In this document: piece after piece, positions 55,333-64,000 of the stretch
Layout of the letters: each line of letters begins with the position of its first letter
Numbering within the stretch: the first letter of the stretch is position 1
DNA from: Blasia pusilla
Lineage: Eukaryota
Assembly (NCBI GenBank): GCA_050084515.1
Contig: CM114271.1
Location: 43,338,001 to 43,402,000 of the forward strand
Length of the DNA: 64,000 nucleotides
Reading direction: 5' to 3'
Made by a program: the position numbers and the translations under genes
Notes under the pieces: model-generated
The model's database searches: none
What the model was told of the DNA's origin: nothing
Seen by the model: the letters and a program-made list of their open reading frames with translations, nothing else

Positions 55333-57225
55333 GAATGAATGAATGAATAGATTTATTGTCCATGGGTAGCCCTCTGGATCGTGGAACATGGAGACTGTAC
55401 TCATTAAGTAGTGCCTGTCATAGTGGAACTTAGAGACTTTACTCATTAAGTAGTGCCTGTCGTAGCCTTGCGACCATAGACCCCGCGCCCTGGTTGGACG
55501 GTGCTTGAGACTGGGATGGGTGTAGAGAGAGAAGCAAGTGTAGAAGGTACCATATGAGAGGAGGGAGACACTCTCATATAGTGTGAGTGCGGACCAAACA
55601 ACGTGTTTGTGCGGAGCTTCCAAGTGTCAACCAAGAAACTCTTCACCACACCATCTACTTTACCTGATTGGGATCCCCAATAGACATTACTTACCAGTGC
55701 AACAGCTTTGGGCAATGAATCAAGGCTACTAAATGTGTTGAACAATTCTGGTACTACCAGCTTAGAAATATCAGCATATGCTCTTGCTCTGTGTGTTGTG
55801 AATTTTGCGCAGGAGACCAAGTAATGACTAGAGGTTTCGTCCCCATCGTCACACAAGGTGCAAGAGTTTAGTTGTGTTCCCATCCTGCTTTTCTTATGGT
55901 TCAACGGGATTGCCCCCGTCGTGAACTTGAACTTGAGCCGGGTTCCCAAGCAAGGGGTTCCCCGCAAATAGTTCTTCAGTTCTGCCCTCTTGGGATATAC
56001 CGTTAAAAGATAGAGGTCAGACATTTTCATGGCTTCCTCCGTGCTGTTCTGCTGTGAGCGTTTGCCCACTGCTTTGGTTATGGTATCCACAAATGCTTTC
56101 TCATCTTGCTCCCACAGTTCAAGCCCTACTGGGAGCTTGGAAGCTTGCACAATCTCTTGAACCTTTTTTGTCCAAGATTTGGCTCGCTTTACGGGTCTTT
56201 TTTGGGTCCAGGTTTTCCCCACCACCTCTTTAGGATAGCAATGGGAGTCCATTGTCTCCAACTGCCTCCGCCATTCAACTTGGCAATGTCACGTCTATCC
56301 TCCAAGGGTTCCACACCTAGTTCTGATCTCACACCAACTCGGGCTGTTCGTGATGAGGTTGACATCATACCCCGAAACGCCTTCAGCTGCACAGCTTCAA
56401 GCCTATCCCTTTGTTTGGTGTTGGCATCCCACACTGCTGCCCCGTATTCCAGCGAGGGACGAATGGTATGCAAAATGACAGAGCGCTTTACTTCTGATGT
56501 GATATCCCGGCAGTGTAGGAATCCGGACAGACCGTTCACCTTCTTGTGGCCTTTCTCAGTAGCCTTCTTAATGTGTGCATCCCACATGCAATCTTCCGAG
56601 AATTCTATGCCCAGATAGGTGTATGTAGCCACACGAGGGATCTCTTGGTCACCCTAGTACCACTGTTGGTCTTGGTTCTCCTCCTTGCCATTGAAAATCA
56701 TCACACTGCACTTTAGTACATTTGCCTCCATGCCCCACATGTCACACCAGATTTTGGTCAGGGAGATTATCTCTTGGAGTTTCTCTCCTGTTTCCTCGAG
56801 GCCACCAAAGTCATCAACAAACATGAGGGCAACAATAGAGCTGTTGCCTACCCGTATGCCTAGTCCACTATCCTCCATTTCTTCCAATAGGGAATTCACG
56901 AAAATGTTGAAGAGGGTGGGGGAGAGCGGGCATCTTTGAGCCACTCCTTGCTGGATGTCGAATGTCCCACTCTTTTGGCCATTCACCAGAACTCTACTCC
57001 TTGTGTTCTGATACATCTTTTCCACCACCCTCCACATTTTTCCTCTCAGCCCCGCCTTCCACAAGCTATAAGAAAGCCCGTCACGCCATACAGTGTCGTA
57101 TGCCTTCTTGAGGTCCATGAAGAAGCAATAGGTGGGTTTCCCCTCTTTTTTCCTACCCTGGATGATCTGACTGAAGATGAAGATGTGGTCCACGCATCCT
57201 TGGGCTTGTCGGAAGCCAGCGTGGC
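55333..57225 (-). mobile_element. 5'-truncated RTE-X-like LINE copy (RT to 3' tail), frameshifted, inserted antisense into a same-family LINE
   Basis: ORFs 56654-57193 (DLKKAYDTVWRDGL, GVAQRCPLSPTLF, MFVDDF), 56189-56632 (YTYLGI, IRPSLEYGAAVW) and 55446-56261 (CTLC..ETSSHYLVSC); 42-bp tandem duplication 55381-55464; AATAAA followed by an (ATTC)4 tail at 55333-55348. Confidence 0.9.
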
Positions 57226-58143
57226 TTAGAGAGAAACTTAGAGATGTGGAACTTAGAGAGAAACTCCAAGAGATGATCTCCCGAACTAAAATTGGTGCGA
57301 CATGGAGACGAATATATTGAATGCAAGGAGGAGGACCAAGACCAACACTGGTACTGGGGTGAACAAGAGATACCTACCATCTACCTACCCTGGGTGTTGA
57401 ATTCTCAGACAATTGCATGTGGGATGCTCACATTAAGAAGACTACTGAGAAAGGGCAACGGTGAATGGATTGTCGAGTTTCCTACTATTCCAGGACATCA
57501 CATCATTAGTATAGAGCTGTGTCATTCTGCATACCATTCATCCCTCAGTGGAATATGGCATAGCAGTGTGGGATGCCAACACCAAACAAAGGGATGCCTT
57601 GAAGCTGTGCAGCTGAAAGCATTTCGGGGTATGATGTCAGTTTGCTCATGAACAGCCAGAGTTGGTGTGAGATCAGAACTTGGAGTGGAACCCCTGTGGG
57701 ATAGATGTGACATTGCCAAGTTGAAATAGCGGAGCCAACGGATTCCCATTGCTATCCTACGGCGGTGATTGGGAAAAAGTGGACCCAGAGAAGGCCAGTA
57801 AAGCAGGCCAAATCTTGGATGAAAAAGGTTCAAGAGATTGTGCAAGCAGCGAAGCTCCCTGCAGGACCTGAACTGCGGGAGCAAGATTAGAAACCATTTG
57901 TGGATACCATTACCAAAGCAGTGGGAAAACGCTCACAGCAGAACAACTCGGAGGAAACCATGAAAATGTTTGACCTCTCTCTGTAGATTGTATATCCTGA
58001 ACAAGTAGGAGCACAAAATTGTCTGCGGGGTACCCCTTGCTTAGATACCAGGCTGAAGTTCAAGTTTAGGACGGGGAAAATCCCCTTGAACCACAAGAAA
58101 AATAGGATGGAAACACAACTAAACTCTTGCACCTTGTGTTATG

Positions 58144-58292
58144 TGTTAGGATTTCACATAAAATTGTCTATTGTTTTCTTCTAGTTTTTTAACTATGGTT
58201 AGTTCTGCAAACTATGGTTGGAAGTTTATCATAGTTACAAGTCTCAGTTAGTTTACCAGTTACCTCTTTAACTATTCTTGTGAGTTTTGATT
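58144..58292. mobile_element. Truncated start of a family A LTR
   Basis: tgttaggatttcacataaaattgtct... matches 54325 onward for ~150 bp, then breaks off. Confidence 0.75.
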
Positions 58293-59385
58293 ACGATTTA
58301 ATCTCTTTGCAACTCCGTTTTGTTGAGGACTATCCCTTGCTGAAGATTGATGTGTAATCCCTTTTTCAACAAGATACCTGTCAAATTCTTGGTTGAAGAA
58401 TTCTCCACCTCCATCAGATCTGAAGATTTTGACTTTCTTCCCAGTTTGAGTTTCTGCCCAATCTGCAAATGCTTTGAACTTCTGTAGAACATATCTCTTC
58501 AGTTTCAGAGGAAATACAAAAGATTTCCTTGTACAATCGTCGATGAAAGAGACATAGTATAAGGCACCTCCAAGGGACTTCATCTCGAAAGGACCACATA
58601 CGTCACTATGGATCAGACCAAGCCTGGGCTCAAACGTGGACTTTGCTGTTGCAGGAAAACTTCTCTTGCTGTGTTTTCCCTTGATGCAGAATTCACAGAA
58701 GAATTCAGAACGTACAGTGAACTTTGTACCTGTGGTAACTTGTTGAAGTTGCCTCATACCTTCCGCACTTAGATGCCAGAGTAGGAAAGTTGACTCAACT
58801 TGGGCATGAATTGCCTTGACCTTCATGGTACAAGTTCCATCTAGATGGTAAAGAGATCCACATGGGGACAAGCGAGAATAAGCCACCATTTGACCTTTCT
58901 GGTTGAGAAAAGAATACACCTGGTTTTCGTCAAGTCTAACCTTGATGCCATCATTTTTCAGTTGCGTGGTAGCAATCAAATTGTGGAAATTCTCATGATA
59001 TAGGACATCTGTTAGTTTGATAACATTGATGTGAGTCCCAACCTTTGTGTAGATGGTAGCACTCCCACTCATTGATATGATGCAGAGAACCCCATTGGCA
59101 ATAGAGACAGTGAATGGAGTTAGACTATGTATCTCATCAAGCGTTCGTGCCTTTCCACACATATGTCTGGACGAATCACCGTCAATGATCCATATATCCG
59201 ATGCCTTCTGGATAGAAGATATGGACAGCATGTTGGATTCTAAAGAATCATTCTCGTTTAGAGTCGTGATAGTATTGATTGATGGGCGCGCATGGCCTTT
59301 TCCCTTCAACTTTCGCTTCTTGTTCTCTTCCTCCCTCTCTGCCTCAAACTTGATTCTCTTGAAACAAGAAGAAATTCTTACTCCC
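58293..59385 (-). pseudogene. Copia protease-integrase fragment
   Basis: ORF 58272-59309: WIIDGDSSRHM, CEFCIKGK, IHSDVCGP, FRSDGGGEF, PQQNGVA; truncated at both ends. Confidence 0.9.
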
Positions 59386-59422
59386 TTATGATTTGTTGCA
59401 CGTTGCTATTCTATGAAAAGCA

Positions 59423-61035
59423 ATGGTGGGCCCATCAGTCAATACTATCACGACTCTAAACTTGAATGATTCTTTAGAATCCAACATGATGTCCATATCT
59501 TCTATCCAGAAGGTATTGGATATATGGACCATTGACGGTGGTTCATCCAGACACATGTGTGGAGAGGCACGAATGCTTGATGAGATACATAGTCTAACTC
59601 CATTCACTGTCTCTATTGCCAATGGAGTTCTCTGCATCATATCAATGAGTGGGAGTGCTACTATCTACATGAAGGTTGGGACTCACATCAATGTTATCAA
59701 ATTAACAGATGTCCTATATGATGAGAATTTCCACAATTTGATTGCTACTACGCAACTGAAAAATGATGGCATCAACGTAAGACTTGACGAAAACGAGATG
59801 TATTCTTTCCTCAACCAGAAAGGTCAAGTGGTGGTGTTGAAGCTTTTGTTCTTATCCCTAAGGAGCAGAGAAAGAAACTGGATCCTAGATCTTTGAAGTG
59901 CATACATCTTGGCCTTCAGCCAGATTGCAAGGGATATCGAATGTATAACCTTGCCACCAAGAAGATTATCAAGAGCAGGGATGTCATCTTCAATGAAAAT
60001 CAAGTTCCAACTTCTTTGTTTGAGGAGTCAGTTGCCAATCCGGTTACTACTCCTACTTATGTGCTTGGATAAGTGAAGGACGAAAATGCAAATCTCCCTT
60101 CTACTTCTGTGCGGCTAAATGAAGGACTTACCAGTAAGGTCGTCACTCCCCTTGAGGAATACACCCATGTGTATTGAAGAAGAGACAATACTGCTGAGGA
60201 GCCAGAATGAGCTCGAAGGTCCAACAGGACAACCAAGAAGCCTGTGAGATTTGGATTTGATCAAGAATTCTTGATCCAAAAAACACAAAGTCAGCAACTA
60301 CAACTCATGGATTTCTGCTCTCAATTCAATGTCGTGATATGTTCTGCTACAGAAATTCATGGAATCTGACCCTACATCTTTAAAAGAGGCACAAGAGAGT
60401 GTTGATTGGGAGGAATGGGAGAAAGCTATGAATGAAGAGCTCAAGTCTCATAAGTCAAACCAGACTTGGAAAATGGCCAATCTGCCCCCAGGCAGGAAGG
60501 TTGTTGGAAGTAAGTGGGTGTATAAAACCAAGACAGGTCAAGATAATCAAGTTCTCAAGTACAAAGCTAGACTTGTGGTGCAAGGCTTCAGTCAAGTTGA
60601 AGGACTTGACTTCAAGGAGACATTTGAACCAGTTGCCAAGTTTGTCTCCATTAGAATTTCATTAGCATTGGCTGCCTATCATGGTTGGGAAGTCGAGCTC
60701 ATGGATGTAAAAACGGCTTTCCTCAATGGAGACTTAGAGGAGGAGATCTACATGAAACCACCTCCCGGATTTCAAACTGAGGGTAAAGTATGCCGTCTTC
60801 TAAAATCTATCTATGGACTAAGCAATCTTCAAGAGCTTGGTATTCAAAGATTGACCAACACATGATCAGTCAAGGATACACCAGAAGCGACTCAGATCAT
60901 AGTGTTTACACTATGAGACATTGAGTTATGATTGTTGTTTTGTATGTAGATGATTTACTCATGATCAGTGACAGTTGGCTGTTTATGAAGGAGCAGAAGC
61001 ATGGGCTACAAGAGGCTTTTGAGATGGTTGATCTG
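59423..61035 (+). pseudogene. Copia fragment (protease, internal deletion, integrase tail, RT), decayed and interrupted by an LTR
   Basis: WTIDGGSSRHM; SRDVIFNE (~59975); PTSLKEA..W..AM.EEL, YKARLVVQGF, MDVKTAFLNG, YVDD (~60943), FEMVDL, then the LTR junction. Confidence 0.88.
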
Positions 61036-64000
61036 AGAATATGATTGACCAGCAGAAGTATCTCCTTGTACAAAGTCAGAGCTAGCATCAGCTAGACCAT
61101 CCATGATTTCAGCTTGTACACAATCAGCAAATCAGTTCCTATCTCTATTGCCAAATCAGAGCCCTACCATGATGTGACTCTTCTTACTATCTAAGAGATA
61201 CTAAGAAGGATTCTACTCAGCCACACCTTGCACTCACACTACAGGTCCTCACATGTCACCAGCTCAGAGATCAGACATGGCTCACCATTGAGCACAAACA
61301 ATCTCCATCAGCATACTAGACAAAACAACCTGCCTTCCAGTGAGGCTCTAGCAAGCACAAAGACAATTAGTCTCAATCTCCTCTTCCTATTCTCTGATCA
61401 CTCTGCAGCAGGACCAAGAGCCTCAGGAGTCCTCACCAAAACTGTGCATGCTGTAGAATTGGCTTCTGCTCTCTAAAGAGAGACATTATATACATCAGGG
61501 TGAGCACTTCTGGCCCTTAGATCTTCTTGAACAGATCCATACCCTAAATAACAGATGGTGGCTAACCCTAACTCGAGAATTGCCCTAATTCAAGGCTACC
61601 CTAAAAGATAGAGGAACACTAAGTTATCTAGCTAACTAAAATAGTATCCAACTAAGTTAGTATTTGACTAACTACTTTTAGGGCATGACTAAACTAGATA
61701 TTAACTAATTTCAACACTCCCTCTTAATGAGAGTTTAGAGTAATGCCCATCATACATATACACTTTCTATGTTTGTCCTGTGACAGAGGTTTGGTCAGAC
61801 ATCAGCTGCCATATTCTCTGTTGGACAGTAAACCAAGGAGATTTCTCTTCCTATCATTTCTCTTACAAAGTGATGTTTGATGTCAATGTGTTTTGTTCTA
61901 GGATGATGAACAGGATTTTTGCTTAATGCAATACTTCCTTTGTTGTCAACCTGTAGGGATGTAGGAGTCATCTGTTCATATCCAAGATCATTCAATAAGC
62001 TCCTTAACCAGATCACCTCCTGAGCAGCAAGAGAAAGCGCCATGTACTCTGCCTCAGTTGTAGAGAGTGCAACCGTTCTTTGTTTCTTACTGCACCAGCT
62101 GATCACCCCTCCACTTAACAAGAAGACATATCCACTTGTTGATCTTCTTTCATCAGTATCATCTCCCCAACTTGCATCTGAGAACCCTTCCAAGATTGGT
62201 CCATTTTCTTGATGCCTGTATTCCAAGTATGTTCTTGTTGTGCCACGCAAATATCTGAGTACTCTCTTCAGACATTTCCAATGTTCTATTGTAGGTTTGC
62301 TGGTGTACCTGGCTAAGACACCAACTGGGTATGCTAAGTCTGCTCTGGTACAGACCATAGCAAACATCAATGACCCTACAGCACTTTGATATAGTGCTTG
62401 CAAATTGTCAACCTTTTCAGTTGAAATTCCCATATCTCTGCTGAGTTTGCAGCCAGGATCTAGGGGTGTTGATACAGGCTTACAATCTTGCATGTTGTAC
62501 CTGATCAAGATACTCTCTATATACTTTTCTTGACTCAATCGAATCCAGCTCTCTTCCCGATTTCTCTCAATCTGAATCCCCAATAGCCACTTTGCTGGAC
62601 CCAGATCAACCATCTCAAAGTTGCAACAGAGGTCTTTCTTCACTCTCTTTACAGTGTCTAAGCTCCCTCCTAGCATCAGAAGATCATCAACATACAATGC
62701 TATGTACATAGTGGAGTCTAAGGAGTACACTCCTTGATCTGCATTGCTACGTTGGAATCCTTTCCTGATCAGGTAAGCATCCATCTTCTCATACCAGCAT
62801 CTAGGTGCTTGCTTTAGGCCATAAAGGGCTTTCTTCAAGAGACACACCTTGCCTGGATGAGTATATCCATCTGGTACCTCCATGTAGATCTCCTCTTTGA
62901 GTTCTCCATTTAAGAATGCAGTCTTCACATCCATCTGTTCCACCTCCCAATTTTGTTGAGCTGCTAATGCCAAGAGAACTCTAATGGATCCATACCTTGC
63001 AACAGGAGCAAAGGTCTCCTGATAGTCTAAACCAGCCTCCTGATTGAAGCCTTTTGCAACCAGACGTGCCTTGTACTTCAAGATCTCATTCTTTGGTCCC
63101 CTTTTTATTCTGAAGACCCATTTGCAACCAATGGTCTTTCTACCAGGTGGCAAATCTACAAACTCCCATGTCTCATTTTTCTCTAATGAGACCTTTTCTT
63201 CTGCCACAGCCTGCTCCCACTGTTTCGAATCATTCCTGCTCATAGCCTCACTCAAAGAGTTGGGCTCTACAACTCCTTCTTCAATAGAATGAGCTTCGTT
63301 TATCCCCAACCTTTCTACAGGTTTGGAAATTCTTCCAGATCTCCTTTGCTCTGAGATCTCCTTGATCACTCCCTCTGTGGACTCATGTGCCTCTATAACT
63401 TGCTTGGCTGCACTTCTCCTTTGGTACACCTTCATAGGCTGATCATTTTCAACATGATCTTCCTCTCTTACACCTTGGGTGCAAGTATCTAATCCTCCAC
63501 TACATTCTGCAAGTGTATCCTTTGATACTTCCTCCTTATCAGCATCTTGATGTGAGTTTGACACTACAGGGATGTTTACAGGAGTGACAACAGAAGTGAT
63601 AACTGGCACCACTCTGGTGACCATTGACTCTTTGAGCTCAGAGTCTTTCCAAAAACTCTTCTCATCAAAAGTCACATCATTGCTTCGAATTGCCTTGCAG
63701 GTTCTAGGATTATACAACATGTATCCTTTCAGCCCTTCTTCATACCCAACAAATATGTACTTGTCAGCCTTTGCATCTAGTTTCCTCCTTTGTGTATCAG
63801 GGGTGAGGGCATAGCCAACACAACCAAACACTTTCAATCTAGAAATGTCAGGTTTCTTACCAGACCAGCACTCTTCTGGAGTTACATTCTTCAAGGCCGC
63901 TGTGGGACTGATGTTCCTCAGATAATTCGCTGTCATGATAGCTGCTCCCCAGAATTCTTGACCAAGCTTGGCATGTTGCAACATGCTCAAGGCTTTCTCT
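61034..64000 (-). mobile_element. Ty1/copia element, family C: 3' LTR ~61034-61716 plus internal region continuing beyond the window
   Basis: LTR begins TGTTGAAA on the minus strand at 61716, preceded by purine tract AAGAGGGAG; LTR homologous to 52509-53193. Confidence 0.92.
61795..63990 (-). CDS. Copia Pol (integrase C-terminus, RT, RNase H), 5'-partial, with a frameshift near the RNase H end
   Basis: FWGAAIMTANYLRN, YKARLVAKGF, LYVDD, GFSDASW, ALSTTEAEY. Ends ADV* where ADVLTKPL is expected; LTKPL continues in a shifted frame to a stop at ~61724. Confidence 0.9.
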   Translation of the reverse strand: MSMLQHAKLGQEFWGAAIMTANYLRNISPTAALKNVTPEECWSGKKPDISRLKVFGCVGYALTPDTQRRKLDAKADKYIFVGYEEGLKGYMLYNPRTCKAIRSNDVTFDEKSFWKDSELKESMVTRVVPVITSVVTPVNIPVVSNSHQDADKEEVSKDTLAECSGGLDTCTQGVREEDHVENDQPMKVYQRRSAAKQVIEAHESTEGVIKEISEQRRSGRISKPVERLGINEAHSIEEGVVEPNSLSEAMSRNDSKQWEQAVAEEKVSLEKNETWEFVDLPPGRKTIGCKWVFRIKRGPKNEILKYKARLVAKGFNQEAGLDYQETFAPVARYGSIRVLLALAAQQNWEVEQMDVKTAFLNGELKEEIYMEVPDGYTHPGKVCLLKKALYGLKQAPRCWYEKMDAYLIRKGFQRSNADQGVYSLDSTMYIALYVDDLLMLGGSLDTVKRVKKDLCCNFEMVDLGPAKWLLGIQIERNREESWIRLSQEKYIESILIRYNMQDCKPVSTPLDPGCKLSRDMGISTEKVDNLQALYQSAVGSLMFAMVCTRADLAYPVGVLARYTSKPTIEHWKCLKRVLRYLRGTTRTYLEYRHQENGPILEGFSDASWGDDTDERRSTSGYVFLLSGGVISWCSKKQRTVALSTTEAEYMALSLAAQEVIWLRSLLNDLGYEQMTPTSLQVDNKGSIALSKNPVHHPRTKHIDIKHHFVREMIGREISLVYCPTENMAADV

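Larger units (their letters stand above)
50393..58143 (+). mobile_element. Near full-length but decayed RTE-X-like LINE (leader, APE endonuclease, RT, C-terminal zinc finger), interrupted by at least four insertions
   Basis: Endonuclease remnants KGVGFFI, GNIVVLGNFNSWVG, VNGNGTRV, SIVDYI (50880-51370); NHKAGGDDELVNKLLKYG (~53640); RT remnants 54170-54324 and 55105-55332 (QGLAQGC..PTLFNFFVN, ADDF); resumes at ~57257 and runs to SCTLC at ~58140. Many frameshifts. The clade assignment is inferred from motif style. Confidence 0.8.

Noticed and set aside
49880..64000. Further dynein exons (AAA6, C-terminal domain)
   Set aside because: No dynein-like translation found; nearly all sequence is explained by retroelements.

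Overview
Eukaryotic genomic DNA, most likely from a flagellated-sperm land plant (bryophyte-like). This is inferred from an intron-rich axonemal dynein, a plant-type Sm_multidrug_ex gene, tRNA-iMet-primed Ty1/copia elements and RTE-X-like LINEs. Layout: 1-2.7 kb is the 3' part of an unidentified multi-exon coiled-coil gene; 3.8-6.4 kb is a small multidrug export-family membrane protein gene; 6.5-12.7 kb is AT-rich, decayed intergenic DNA; 13.6-44.5 kb holds 41 exons (about 3,586 codons by my manual splicing) of a single-headed inner-arm axonemal dynein heavy chain, with AAA6 and the C-terminus absent from the window. From 44.46 kb to the window end lies a >19.5 kb nest of retroelements: an intact young copia with identical LTRs, a near full-length RTE-X-like LINE interrupted by solo LTRs and an antisense copy of its own family, inverted copia fragments, and a second copia running off the edge. 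The best candidate novelties are at the LINE 5' end: an interlocked A-B-A'-B' palindrome, a structured leader, and a 3x20-aa YxRR repeat that also appears in two copia integrase tails. Others are LTRs with non-TG/CA termini, an intronic 42-bp hairpin, and a GC-AG intron splitting the AAA1 P-loop. All coordinates were read by eye and no searches were run.
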